The translations under genes and the position numbers were made by a program. Positions 22,486 through 36,685 of a stretch of DNA of 64,000 bases are shown here, in pieces. Every line of letters starts with the position of its first letter. Within the stretch, counting starts at the first letter, position 1. Below the pieces are notes generated by a model, which ran no database searches, was not told the origin of the DNA, and was given only the letters and a program-made list of their open reading frames with translations. The DNA lies in the NCBI GenBank assembly GCA_030390025.1, contig CM059441.1, positions 53,196,001 to 53,260,000 on the forward strand. The letters are read 5' to 3'. This DNA is from Squalus acanthias. Lineage: Eukaryota.

Positions 22486-24852
22486 TTTTTTTTTAATTCG
22501 TTTATGGGATCGGGGTATCGCTGGCAATGCCAGCATTTATTGCCCATCCCTAGTTGCCCTTGAGAAGGTGGTGGTGAGCCGCCTTCATGAACCGCTGCAG
22601 TCCGTGTGGTGATGGTACTCCCACAGTGCTGTTAGGTAGGGAGTTCCAGGATTTTGACCCAGCGACGATGAAGGATCGGCGATATATTTCTAAGTCAGGA
22701 TGGTGTGTGACTTGGAGGGCAACTTGGAGGTGGTGGTGTTCTCATGCGCCTGCTGCCCTTGTCCTTCTAGGTGGAAGAGATCGCGGGTTTGGGAGGTGCT
22801 GCCGAAGAAGCCTTGGCGAGTTGCTGCAGTGCATCTTGTCGATGGTACACACTGCAGCCACGGTACGCCGGTGGTGGAGGCAGTGAATGTTTAAGATGTT
22901 GGATGGGGTGCCAATCAAGCGGGCACTTTGTCCTGGATGGTGTCGAGCTTCTTGAGTGTTGTTGGAGCTGCACTCATCCAGGCAAGTGGAGAATATTCCA
23001 TCACACTCCTTACTTGTGACTTGTAGTTGGTCGAAAGGCTTTGGGGAGACAGGAGGTGAGACACTCGCCGCAGAATACCTAGCCTCTGACCTGCTCTTGT
23101 TGCCACAGTATTTATGTGGCTGGTCCAGTTAAGTTTCTGGTTAATGGTGACCCCCAGGATGTTGACAGTGCGGGATTCGGCGATGGTAATGCCATTGAAT
23201 GTCAAGGGCAGGTGGTTAGACGCTCGCTTGTTGGAGATAGTCATTGCCTGGCACTTCTGTGGCGCGAATGTTACCTGCCACTTATCAACCCAAGCCTGAT
23301 CGTCGTCCAGGTCTTGTTCCATGCAGGCATGGACTGCTTCATTATCTGTGGAGTTGCGAATGGCGCTGAACACCGTGCAGTCATCAGCGAACATCCCCAT
23401 TTCTGACCTTATGCTGGAGGGAAGGTCATTGATGAAGCAGCTGAAGATGGTTGGGCCTAGGACACTGCCCTGAGGAACTCCTGCATCGATGTCCTGAGGC
23501 TGTGATGATTGACCTTCAACCACCACAACCATCTTCCTTTGTGCTAGGTATGAATCCAGCCAGTGGAGCGTTTTCCCCCTGATTCCCATTGACTTCAGCT
23601 TTAATAGGGCTCCTTGATGCCAGATTCGGTCAAATGCTGCCTTGATGTCAAGGGCAGTCACTCTCACCTCACCTCTGGAATCCAGCTCCTTTGTCCATGC
23701 TTGGACCAAGGCTGTAATGAGGTCGGGAGCCGAGTGGTTTTGGCGGAACCCAAACTGGGCATCAGTGAGCAGGTTATTGGTGAGTAAGTGCTGCTTGATA
23801 GCACTGTTGAAGACCCCTTCCATCACTTTGCTGATGATTGAGAGTAGACTGATGGGGTGGTAATTGACTGGGTTGGATTTGTCCTGCTTTTTGTGGCCAG
23901 GACAAACCTGGGCAGTTTTCCACATTGTCGGATAGATGCCAGTGTTGTAGCTGTACTGGATCAGCTTGGCTAGAGGCGCGGCTAGTTCTGGAGCACAAGT
24001 CTTCAGCACGATAGCCGGGATGTTGTCGGGGCCCATAGCCTTTGCTGTATCCAGTGTGCTCAGCCGTTTCTTGATATCACGTGGAGTGAATCGAATTGGC
24101 TGAATAATGGCTTCTGTGATGTTGGGGACCTCGGGAGTAGGCCGATATGAATCATCCACTCGGCACTTCTGGCTGAAGTTGGTTGCAAACGCTTCAGCCT
24201 TGTCTTTTGCACTCACGTGCTGAGCTCCACCATCATTGAGGATGGGGATAGTCTTGGAGCCTCCTCCTCCCGTTAGTTGTTAAATAGTCCACCACCATTC
24301 ACGACTGGATGTGGCAGGACTGCAGAGCTTTGATCTGATCCGTTGATTGTGGGATCGCTTAGCCCTGTCTGTAGCATGCTGCTTCCGCTTTTTAGCATGC
24401 ATGTAGTCCTGTGTTGCAGCTTCCCCAGGTTGGCACCTCATTTTTGGGAAAACCTGGTGCTGCTCCTGGCATGCTCTTCTATACTCGTTATTGAACCAGG
24501 GTTGGCCCCCTGGCTTGGTTGTAATGGTAGAGTGAGGGATATGCCGGGCCATGAGGTTACAGATTGTGGTGGAATACAATTCTGCTGCTGCTGATGGCCC
24601 ACAGCGCCTCATGGATGCCCAGTTTTGAGCTGCTAGATCTGTTCTGAATCTATCCCATTTAGCACGGTGGTAGTGCCACACAACACGATGGATGGTGTTC
24701 TCAGTGTGAAGACGAGACTTCGTCTCCGCAATGACTGTGCGGTGGTCACTGCTGTCAAAGCTATCATGGACAGATGCATCTGCAACAGGTAGATTGGTGA
24801 GGACGAGGTCAAGCAGGTTTTCCCTCTTGTTGGTTCATTCACCACCTGTCGC
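22486..24852 (-). mobile_element. Family B LINE, duplicate of 1051-3418
   Basis: Same junctions, offset 21434; ORF 22915-24216 differs from 1481-2782 by one residue (DDDQ vs DDYQ). Confidence 0.95.
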
Positions 24853-27800
24853 CTTTTCCAATTCCTAAGCAACAGGCTCCAGCAGCTGAATGGCCTCCTC
24901 CTATGCCTTCGTAACAGTTTTGAGGGGCTGAATGACCTCCTACTGTTCATATCTACCAGTTTCGAGGGGCTGAATGGGCACCTCGTGTTCCGATGGCACA
25001 GGCTCTAGGGGCTAAATAGCCTCCACTTGGTCCTATGTAACAGGCTCGAGGGGCTGAATGGGCTCCTCCTGTTTCTATATAACCGGCTCAAGGGGCTGAC
25101 TGGCGCTACTCCTGCTCCTATGCAAGCAGCTCGAGTGAATGAACAACTGCCTCCTGTTCCTAAGTTACAGACTCGAGGAGCTGTATGGTCCTCCTCCTGT
25201 TCCTATGTAACAGTCTCGAGGGTCTGAATGGCATCCTTCTTTTCCTATGTAACAGGCTCAATGGGATAATTGGCCTACTCCTATTCCTATGCAACAGGCT
25301 CTCGGGGCTTAATGGCCTCCTCCTGTTCCTGTGTAATAGGCTTGAGGGGCTGAATCGCCTCCTCTTCGTCCTTTGTAACAGGCTCGAGGGCTGAATGGGC
25401 CTCCTCCTGTTCCTATGAAACAGGCTCAAGATGCTTATTGGGCCTACTCCTGTTCCTATACAACTGGCTCGAGAGGCTTAATGGCCTCCTTCTGTTCCTA
25501 TGCAACATGCTCGAGGGGCTGAAAAGCCTCCTCCTGTTCCTAAGTAGCAGGCTCAAGGGGCTAATTGGCATCCTTCAGTTCCTGTGTAAATGGATTGAGG
25601 GGCTGAATGGGCCACCTCCTATTCCGATGCAATAGGCTTGAGGGGCTGAATGTCCTCCTCCTGATCTTTTCTAACAGGCTCGAGGGGTTGAATCAACTTC
25701 CACCTGTACCTATGCAACAGGCCTGAGGGGCTGAATGGCCTCCTCCTATTCCTGTGTAATAGATTCGAGGGGCTAAATGGCCTCCTCCTGTTCATTTGCA
25801 ACAGGCTCGAGGGTATGAATGGCCTACTCCTGTTTCTATGTAAGAGGCTCCAGTGGCTTAATGGCCTCCTCCTGTTCCTTCGTAAAAGTTTTGAGGGGTT
25901 GAATGGGCCTCCTCCTGTAAAGATACAACTTGCTCGACGGGCTGAATGGACTCCTCCTGTTCCTATGTAACAGCCTTGAGGGGCTGAATGACCTTCTCCT
26001 GTTCATATCTACCAGTTTCGAGGGGCTGAATGGCCTCCTCCTGATCCTATTTAACAGGCTCAAGTGGACAGATTGGGACTCCTCGTGTTCATATGTAACA
26101 TCCTCGAGGGAGCTGAATGGTCCTACTCCTGTTCCTATGTAACAGGCTCGAGGGGCTGAATGGCCTCCTCCTGTTCCTATGTAACAGGCTTGAGGGGCTG
26201 AATGGACCTCCTTCTGTTCTTCGGCATCAGGCATGAGGGGCTGAATGGCCTCCTGTTGTTCCCATGTAACAGGCTCAAGGGGCAGAATGGCCTGCTCCTG
26301 TTCATATGTACCCGGTTCAAGGGGATAAATGGCCTCCTCCTGTTTCTATGCAACAGGCTCTAGGGGCTGAATGGGCCTTCTCCTGTTCCGATGTAAAAGC
26401 TTCAAGTGGGCTGAATCGGCTCCTCCTGTTTCTATGTAACCAGCTCAAGGGACTGACTGGCCCTACTCCTGCTCCTATGCAACCAGCTCGAGTGACTGAA
26501 CAACTGCCTCCTGTTCCTAAGTTACAGACTCGAGGAGCTGAATGGTCCTCCTCCTATTCCTATGCAACACGCTCTAGGGGCTTAATGGCCTCCTCCTGTT
26601 CCTGTACAACTGGCTCGAGAGGCTTAATGGCCTCCTCCTGTTCCTATGTAGCAGGCTCAAGGCACTAATTGGCATCCTTCAGTTTCTATGAAACAGGCTT
26701 GAGGGGCTGAATGGGCCACCTCCTCTTCCGATGCAACAGTCTCGAGGGACTGAATGGCCTCCTCATGATCTTTTCTAACAGGCTCCAGGGGCTGAATCAG
26801 CTTCCACCTGTTCCTATACAACAGGCCTGAGGGGCTGAATGGCCTCCTCCTGTTCCTGTGTAATAGCCTCGAGGGGTTGAATGGCCTACTACTGTTTCTA
26901 TGTAACAGGCTTGAGGGGCAGAAAGGATCTGCTTCTGTTCTTCTGCATCAGGCTCGAGGGGCTTAATTGCCTTCTCTTTTTCCCATGTAATAGGCTCAAG
27001 GGGCAGAATGGCCGACTCCTGTTCATATGTACCAGGTTCAAGGGGATAAATGGCATCCTCCTGTTTCTTTGCAACAGTCTCGAGGGGCTGAATGGCCTCC
27101 TCTTTGTCCTTTGAAACATCTTGAGGGGCTGAATGGGCCTTCTCCTGTTCCTATATAAAAGCCTCAAGTGGGCTGAATGGGTTCCTCCTGTTTCTATGTA
27201 ACCGGCTCAAGGGACTGACTGGCCCTACTCCTGATCTTAAGCAACCAGCACGAGTGACTGAACAACTGCCTCCTGTTCCTAAGTTACAGACTCGAGGAGT
27301 TGCATGGACCTCCTCCTGTTCCTATGCAACAGGCTCAAGGGGCGAAATGGCCTGCTCCTGTTCCTATGTAACAGTCTCGAGGGGATGAATGGCCTCCTCC
27401 TTTTCCTATGTAACAGGCTCGATGGGATAATTAGCCTAATCCTATTCCTATGCAACAGGCTCTAGGGGCTTAATGTCCTCCTCTTGTTTCTGTGTAACAG
27501 GCTCGAGGGGCTGAATTACCTCCTCTTGGTCCTATTAACAGGCTCGAGAGCTGAATGGGCCTCCTCCTATTCCTGTGCAATAGGCTCGGCATGCTTATTG
27601 GGCCTACTCCTGTTCCTGTACAACTGGCTCGAGAGGCTTAATGGGCTCCTCCTGTTCCTATGCAACATGCTCGAGGGCCTGAATAGCCTCCTCCTGTTCC
27701 TAAGTAGCAGGCTCAAGGGGCTAATTGGCATCCTTCAGTTCCTATGTAACAGGCTTGCGGGGCTGAATGGGCCACCTCCTATTCCGATGCAGCAGGCCTG

Positions 27801-28086
27801 AGGGGCTGAATGGCCTCCTCATGTTCCTGTGTAATAGCCTCGAGGGGTTGAATGGCCTACTATGGTTCCTATGTAACAGGCTTGGGGGGCTGAATGGGCC
27901 TCCTCCTGTACATATGCAACAGACACGAGGGGCTGCATGGCCTCTTCCTGTACCTATGTAACAGGCTTGAGGGGCTGAAAGGCCCTCCTCGTGTTAGTAT
28001 GCAAGAGGCTCAAGGGGCTGAATTGCCTACATCTGTTTCAATGTAACGGCTCAATGGGCTAAATGGCCTCCTCCTGTTCCTATGTA

Positions 28087-28241
28087 CTCTTTTGATGGGT
28101 ACCAAAACAAATATCTGTAAATCAGTAAAACTCTAAAGGAAACTTAACAAATCAAATTAAAATTTGGTAGTCCGGGGTGACGATGCACTCCAGTCCCCGC
28201 GGCGCCCACCGGTCGCGGAAAAACTCAAGCGTGCCGGCGGA
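28087..28241 (-). mobile_element. 155-bp insertion, probably the 3' end of a Tx1-clade LINE
   Basis: Minus strand reads AGTLEFFRDRWAPRGLECIVTPDYQILI* then a T-rich UTR, resembling Tx1 ORF2 C-termini; CpG-rich, unlike the array; cctgttcctatgta on both sides. Confidence 0.65.
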
Positions 28242-31200
28242 CCTGTTCCTATGTAACAGTCTCAAGTGGACAGATTGGGACTCCTCGTTTTCGTATGTAA
28301 CATCCTCGAGGGAGCTGAATGGTCCTGCTCCTGTTCCTATGTAACAAGCTTGAGGGGCTGAATGGACCTCCTGTTGTTCCCATGTAACAGGCTCAAGGGG
28401 CTGAATGGCCTGCTCCTGTTCATATGCAACAGGCTTGAGGGGCTGAATGGACCTCCTTCTGTTCTTCTGCATCAGGCTCGATGGGCTGAATGGTCTCCTC
28501 TTTTTCCCATGTAACAGCCTCGAGCGGCAGAATGGCCTGTTCCTGTTCATATGTACCAGGTTCAAGGGGTGAAATGGCCTCCTCCTGTTCCTATGCAACA
28601 GGCTCAAGGGGCGAAATGGCCTCCTCCTGTTCCTATGTAACAGTATCGATGGGATAATTTGCCTAATCCTATTCCTATGCAACATGCTCTGGGGGCTTAA
28701 TGGCCTCCTCCTGTTCCTGTCCAACTGTCTCGAGAGGCTTAATGGCCTCCTCCTGTTCCTGTCCAACGCGCTCTAGGGGCTTAATGGCCTCCTCCTGTTC
28801 CTGTCCAACGCGCTCTAGGGGCTTAATGGCCTCCTCCTGTTCCTGTCCAACTGTCTTGAGAGGCTTAATGGCCTCCTCCTGTTCCTATGCAACACGCTCT
28901 AGGGGCTTAATGGCCTCCTCCTATTCCTGCACAACTGGCTCGAGGGCCTGAATAGCCTCCTTCTGTTCCTTAGTAGCAGGCTCAAGGGGCTAATTGGCAT
29001 CCTTCAGTTCCTATGTAACAGGCTTGCGGGGCTGAATGGGCCACCTCCTATTCTGATGCAACAGTCTTGAGGAGCAGAATGGGCCTTCTCCTGTTCCTCT
29101 GTAAAAGCCTCAAGTGGGCTGAATGGGCTCCTCCTGTTTCTATGCAACCGGCTCAAGGGGCTGACTGGCCCTACTCTTGATCCTATGCAACCAGCTCGAG
29201 TGACAGACCAACTGCCTGTTGGTCCTAAGTTACAGACTCGAGGAGCTGAATGGTCCTCCTCCTGTTCATATGTACCAGGCTCAAGGGGCTAAATGGCCTC
29301 CTCCTGTTCCTGTGTAACACGCTCGAGGGGCTGAATGGCCTACTCCTATTCCTATGCAACAGGCTCTAGGGGCTAATTGCCAACTCCTGTTCCTACCAAC
29401 TGGCTCGAGGGGCTGAATCAGCCGACTCCTTTTCCTATTCTACAGGCTCGAGAGGCTTATTGGGCCTACTCCTGTTCCTATACAACTGGCTCAGGAGGCT
29501 TAATGGCCTCCTTCTGTTCCTATGCAACATGCTCGAGGGGCTGAATAGCCTCCTCCTGTTCCTAAGTAGCAGACTCAAGGGGCTAATTGGCATCCTTCAG
29601 TTCCTATGTAACAGGATTGAGGGGCTGAATGGGCCACCTCCTGTTCCGATGCAACAGGCTCGAGGGGCTGAATGGCCTCCTCCTGATCTTTTCAGACAGG
29701 CTCGAGGGGCAGTATCAGCTTCCACCTGTTCCTATGCAACAGGCCTGAGGGCTGAATGGTCTCCTCCTGTTCCTGTGTAACAGGTTCGAGGGGCTGAATG
29801 GACCTCCTTCTGTTACACATAACAGGCTCGAGGGACTGAATGGCCTCCTCCTGTTCCTATGCAACAGTCTTGAGCGGCTGAAAAGTCTTCTCTTGGTCCT
29901 TTGAAACAGTCTTGAGGAGCAGAATGGTCCTTCTCCTGTTCCTATGTAAAAGCCTCAAATGGGCTGTATGGGCTCCTCCTGTTTCTATGTAACCAGCTCA
30001 AGGGCTGACTGTCCCTACTCTTGATCCTATGCAACCAGCTCGAGTGACTGAACAACTGCCTGTTGGTCCTAAGTTACAGACTCGAGGAGCTGAATGTTCC
30101 TCCTCCTGTTCCTATGCAACAGGCTCAAGGGGATAAATGGCCTCCTCCTGTTCCTGTGTAACATGCTCGAGGGGCTGAATGGCCTCCTCCTATTCCTGTG
30201 TAACATGCTCGAGGGGCTGAATGGCTTCTTCTTGGTCCTATGTTACAGCTCGAGGGCTGAATGGACCTCCTCCTGATCCTATGCAACCGGCTCCAGTGAC
30301 TGAACAATCGCCACCAGTTTCTACGTAACATGCTCGAGGGGCTGAACAGTTCTCCTCCTGTTCCTATGTAACAGTTTCAAGGGGCTGAGTGGCCTCATCA
30401 TGTTCCTATGTAACTGGCTCAAGGGGGCTGCATGGGATCCTCATTTTTTGATGTAACGGGTTCGTGGGACTGAATGAGCCAACTCCTGTTCCTACCAACA
30501 GGCTCGAGGGGCTGAATCAGCCTACTCCTGTTCCTATTCTACAGGCTCGAGATGCTTATTGGGCCTACTCCTATTCCTATACAACTGGCTCGAGAGGCTT
30601 AATGGCCTCCTTCTGTTCCTATGCAACATGCTCGAGGGGCTGAAAAGCCTCCTCCTGTTGCTAAGTAGCAGGCTCAAGGGGCTAATTGGCATCCTTCAGT
30701 TCCTGTGTAAATGGATTGAGGGGCTGAATGGGCCATCTCCTATTCCGATGCAACAGGCTTGAGGGGCTGAATGTCCTCCTCCTGATCTTTTCTAACAGGC
30801 TCGAGGGGTTGAATCAACTTCCACCTGTACCTATGCAACAGGCCTGAGGGGCTGAATGGCCTCCTCCTATTCCTGTGTAATAGATTCGAGGGGCTAAATG
30901 GCCTCCTCCTGTTCATATGCAACAGGCTCGAGGGTATGAATGGCCTACTCCTGTTTCTATGTAAGAGGCTCCAGTGGCTTAATGGCCTCCTCCTGTTCCT
31001 TCGTAACAGTTTTGAGGGGTTGAATGGGCCTCCTCCTGTAAAGATGCAACTTGCTCGAGGGGCTGAATGGACTCCTCCTGTTCCTATGTAACAGCCTTGA
31101 GGGGCTGAATGACCTTCTCCTGTTCATATCTACCAGTTTCAAGGGGCTGAATGGCCTCCTCCTGATCCTATTTAACAGGCTCAAGTGGACAGATTGGGAC

Positions 31201-32404
31201 TCCTCGTGTTCGTATGTAACATCCTCGAGGGAGCTGAATGGTCCTACTCCTGTTCCTATGTAACAGGCTCGAGGGGCTGAATGGCCTCCTCCTGTTCCTA
31301 TGCAACAGGCTTGAGGGGCTGAATGGACCTCCTTCTGTTCTTCTGCATCAGGCTCGAGGGGCTGAATGGCCTCCTGTTGTTCCCATGTAACAGGCTCAAG
31401 GGGCAGAATGGCCTGCTCCTGTTCATATGTACCCGGTTCAAGGGGATAAATGGCCTCCTCCTGTTTCTATGCAACAGGCTCTAGGGGCTGAATGGGCCTT
31501 CTCCTGTTCCGATGTAAAAGCTTCAAGTGGGCTGAATCGGCTCCTCCTGTTTCTATGTAACCAGCTCAAGGGACTGACTGGCCCTACTCCTGCTCCTATG
31601 CAACCAGCTCGAGTGACTGAACAACTGCCTCCTGTTCCTAAGTTACAGACTCGAGGAGCTGAATGGTCCTCCTCCTGTTCCTATGCAACACGCTCTAGGG
31701 GCTTAATGGCCTCCTCCTGTTCCTGTACAACTGGCTCGAGAGGCTTAATGGCCTCCTCCTGTTCCTGTGCAACTGGCTCGAGAGGCTTAATGGCCTCCTC
31801 CTGTTCCTGTACAACTGGCTCGAGAGGCTTAATGGCCTCCTCCTGTTCCTATGTAGCAGGCTCAAGGCACTAATTGGCATCCTTCAGTTTCTATGAAACA
31901 GGCTTGAGGGGCTGAATGGGCCACCACCTCTTCCGATGCAACAGTCTCGAGGGACTGAATGGCCTCCTCATGATCTTTTCTAACAGGCTCCAGGGGCTAA
32001 ATCAGCTTCCACCTGTTCCTATACAACAGGCCTGAGGGGCTGAATGGCCTCCTCCTTTTCCTGTGTAATAGATTCTAGGGGCTAAATGGCCTCCTCCTGT
32101 TCATATGCAACAGGCTCGAGGGTATGAATGGCCTACTCCTGTTTCTATGTAAGAGGCTCCAGTGGCTTAATGGCCTCCTCCTGTTCCTTCGTAACAGTTT
32201 TGAGGGGTTGAATGGGCCTCCTCCTGTAAAGATGCAACTTGCTCGAGGGGCTGAATGGACTCCTCCTGTTCCAATGCAACAGGCTCGAGGTTCTGAATGG
32301 CCTCCTCCAGTTCAGATGTAACAGCGTCTTGGGGCTGAAGGGGCCTTCTGCTGTTCCTACACAACAGGCTCTAGGGGCTGATTGGCCTCCTCTTGTTCCT
32401 ATGT

Positions 32405-32877
32405 CACTATGTCCTGGACGCCATCCAGGACAATGCAGGCCGCTTGATTGGCACCCCATTCACCACCTTAAACATTCACTCCCTCCACCCCCAGTGTACC
32501 GTGGCTGCAGAGTGTACCATCTACAAGATGCGCTGCAACAACTCGTCAAGGCTTCTTCGGCAGCACCTCCCAAACCCGCAACCTCTTCCACCTACAAGGA
32601 CAAGGGCAGCAGGCGCATGCGAAATGCACCACCTCCAAGTTCCCCTCCAAGTCACACACCATCCTGACTTGGAAGTATATCGCCATTTCTTCATCGTCGC
32701 TGGGTCAAAATCCTGTAACTTCCTTCCATAACAGCACTGTGGGAGCACCTTCACCACACGGATTTCAGCGCTTAAAAAGGCGGCTCACCACCACATTCTC
32801 AAGGGCGATTAGGGATGGGCAATAAATGCTGGCCTTGCCAGTGATGCCAGATCCTATGAAGGAATAAAACAAAAAAA
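32405..32877 (+). mobile_element. Family B LINE 3' fragment, higher-order repeat marker copy 1
   Basis: cactatgtcctggacgccatccaggaca ... gggcaataaatgctggcc ... aaaacaaaaaaa. Confidence 0.93.
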
Positions 32878-33794
32878 TGTAACAGGCTCGATTCAGCTAA
32901 ATGGGCTCCTCCTTTATCTATGTTACAGGCTCAAGTTGCTGAATAGGCTCCTCCTGTTCATATGTATCATCCTCGAGGGGGCTGAATGGTCCTGTTCCTA
33001 TGCAAGAGGTGCGAGGTGCTGAACGGCCTCCTCCTGTTTCTGTGGAGAAGGCTCACGGGGCTAAATGGCCTCATCTTGTTCCTATGTAACAGGCTCACGG
33101 GTCTGAATGGGCCTCCTCCTGCTCCTATGCAACAGGCCCATGGGGTTGAATGGCTGACTCCTGTTTCTATGTAAAAGGCTCGATGGGCTAATTGGCCAAC
33201 TGCTGTTCCTATGTAACCAGCTTGAGGGGCTGAATGGCCATCTCCTGTTCCTTTGTAACAGCCTCGAGGAACTGAATGGTCTCTTCATGTTCATATGTAA
33301 TAGGCTTGAGGGGATAAATGGGCCACCTCCTGGTCGTATGTAATAGGCTCGAGGGGCTGAATTACCTACTCCTGTTCCTATGCAATGGCCTCGAGGGGTT
33401 GATTGGCCTCCTCCTGTTCCTATCAACAGGCTTGAAGTTCAGAATTGTCTCCTCCTGTTGCTATTTATCAGGCTCGAGTCGCTGATGGCCGCCTCCTGTT
33501 CCTATGTAACAGGCTTGATGCGCTTAACAGCCTCCTCCTGTTCCTTCGTAACAGTCTCGATGAGCTGAATGGGCCTCCTCCTGTTCCAATACAAAAGGCT
33601 CAAGGGGCTGAATGGACGCCTCCTGTCGTTTTGTAACAGGTTTGAGGGGCTGAATGGCCCTCCTTCTGTTCCTATGTAACAGGCTCAAAGGGCTGAATGA
33701 CATCCTGTTCCTATGCAGCAGCTTCGAGGGGCTGAATGGGCCTCCTCCTGCTCCAATGCAACAGGATCAAGGGGCTGAATGGACTCTTCTAGTT

Positions 33795-34798
33795 AAGAAC
33801 ATAAGAACATAAGAAATAGGAGCAGGAGTAGACCAATCTGCCCCTCGAGCCTGCTCCGCCATTCAATGAGATCATGGCTGATCTGATCCAACCTCAACTC
33901 TAAAGAACACAAGAAGCAGGAGCAGGACCAGGCCACTCGGCCCCTGGGCCCGCTCCGCCACCCACAGGGCCTTGACCGATCCGAACTCAAACTCATGTCC
34001 AATTTCCAGCCCGCTCCCCGTAACCCCTGATTCCCTTTACTTCTAGGAAACGGTCTATTTCTGTTTTAAATTTATTTAATGAAGTAGCTTCCACAGCTTC
34101 CTGGGGTAGCAAATTCCACAGACCCACTACCCTCTGAGTGAAAAAGTTTCTCCTCATCTCAGTTTTGAAAGAGGAGCCCCTTATTCTAAGATTATGTCCC
34201 CTAGTTCTAGTTTCACCCATCATTGGGAACATCCTCACCGCGTCCACCCGATCAAGCCCCTTCACAATCTTATATGTTTCAATAAGATCGCCTCTCATTC
34301 TTCTGAACTCCAATGAGTAGAGTCCCAATCTACTCAACCTCTCCTCGTATGTCCACCCCCTCATCCCCGGAATTAACCGAGTGAACCTTCTTTGTACTGC
34401 CTCGAGAGCAAGTATGTCTTTTCTTAAGTATGGACACCAAAACTGTATGCAGTACTCCAGGTGCGGTCTCACCAATACCCTATACAACTGCAGCAATACC
34501 TCCCTGTTTTTATATTCTATCCCCCTAGCAATAAAAGCCAACATTCCATTGGCTTTCTTGATCACCTGCTGCACCTGCATACTAACTTTTTGATTTCCTT
34601 GCACCAAGACCCCCAGATCCCTTTGAACTGCAGTACTTTCCAGTTTCTCGCCATTAAGATAATAACTTGCTCTCTGATTTTTCCTGCCAAAGTGCATAAC
34701 CTCACATTTTCCAATATTGTATTGCATCTGCCAAATCTCTGCCCACTCACCCAGCCTGTCTATATCCCCTTGTAGGTTTTTTATGTCCTCCTCACTCT
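33795..34798 (-). mobile_element. CR1 with doubled tail, duplicate of 4904-5907
   Basis: Offset 28891; identical 244-aa ORF (33993-34727) and identical junctions. Confidence 0.96.
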
Positions 34799-36685
34799 CT
34801 ATGTAACAGTCTGCAGGGGCTGAATGGTCTCCTCCTGTTCCTTTGTAACAGTCTCAAGAAAATGGCCTCCTCCTTTTCCTATGTAATCGGCTTGAGGGGC
34901 TTAATGGTCCTACTCCTGATCCTTTGCCACCAGCTGGAGGGACTGAACAACCACCTCCTGTTCCTGTGTGACAGTCTCGACGAGATGAATGGTCCTCCTC
35001 CTGTTCCTATTCAACAGGCTTGAGGGGCTGAAAGGCATCCTCCTGTTCCTGTGTTACAGTCTCGAGGGGCTGAATGGCCTCCTCATGTTTCTATGTAACA
35101 GGCTCGAGGGGCTGAATGGTCTCTTCATGTTTGTACTTAACAGGCTCAAGTGGCTGATTGGCATTCTCCTGTTCATATGCAGCAGGCCCAAATGGCAGAA
35201 TGGCCTGTTTAGCAGGCTCGATGGGATAAATGACCACCTCCTGGTCCTATGTAAAAGGCTCGAGTTGCTGAATGGCCTCTTCCTGTTGCAACATAACAGG
35301 CTTGACGGGCTCAATATCCTCCTCCTATTCCTATGTAACAGGCTCGAATGGCCTTTTTGGCCTCGTCCTGTTCCTTTGTAACATTCTAGATGGGATGAAT
35401 GGCTTCCTCCTGTTTCTATGTAAAAAGTTTGAGGGCCTGAATGGCCTCCTCCTGTTCCTATGCAGCAGGCACAAAGGGCTGAATGGCCTACTCCTGTTCC
35501 AATGCAACAAGCTCGAGGGACTGTATGGGCCTCCACCTTTTCCAATGCATCAGGCTCAAGGAAAAGTATGTACTCCTCCTGTACCTTTGTAACAGTCTTG
35601 AGGGCATTAAAGGCCTCCTCCTGTTCCTAAGTAACAAATGCGAGGGGCTGAATGGGCCTTCTTCTGTTCCTATGTAACAGGCTCAAAGGGCTGAATGACA
35701 TCCTGTTTGTATGCAGCACGTTCGAGGGCTGAATGGGCCTCCTCCTGTTCCAATGCAACCAGAATAAGGGGCTGAATGAACTCTAATAGTTCCTATGTAA
35801 CAGTCTGGAGGGGCTGAATGGTCTCCTCCTGTTCCTTTGTAACAGTCTCGAGATGCTTATTGGGCCTACTCCTGTTCCTATACAACTGACTCGAGAGGCT
35901 TATTGGCCCCCGCCTGATCATGAGTACCAGGCTCGAAGGGCTGAATGGGCCTTCTCCTTTTCCGATGCAACAGGCCCGAGGGGCTGAATGGCCTTCTCCT
36001 GTTCCTTTGTAACAGGCTCGATGTGCTAAATGGTCACCTCCTGTTCTTATGTACAGGCTCGAGGGTTTGAATGGCCTCCTCCTGTTTATATGTAACGGGC
36101 TCGAGGGGTTGAATGGGCCAACACCTGTTTCTATGCAACAGGCACTAGGGGCTGAATGGCCTGTTCCTGCCCCTTTGTAACATTCTCGATGGGCTGAATT
36201 GCTTTCTCCTCTTCCTGTGTAACAGGCTTGAGGGGCTGAATTGCCTCCTCCTCATTCTATGTAACAGTCTCAAGGGGATAAATAGCCTCCTCCTGTTCCT
36301 ATGTAACATCTCGAGGGGGCTGAATGGCCTCCTCCTGTTTCGATGTAATCGGCTTGAGGGGCTAAATGGGCATATTCCTGATCCTTTGCCACCAGCTCGG
36401 TGGACTGAACAACCGCCTCCTGTTCCAGAGTGACAGTCTCGACGAGATGAATGGTCCTCCTCCTGTTCCTATACAACAGCCTTGAGGAGCTCAATGGCCT
36501 CCTCTTGTTCCTATGTAATAGGCTTGCTGGGCTGAATGGGCTCCTCGTGTTCCTTTGTAACAGGCTCGAGGTTCTGAATGGCCTCCTCCAGTTCAGATGT
36601 AACAGCGTCTTGGGGCTGAAGGGGCCTTCTGCTGTTCCTACACAACAGGCTCCAGGGGCTGATTGGCCTCCTCTTGTTCCTATGT

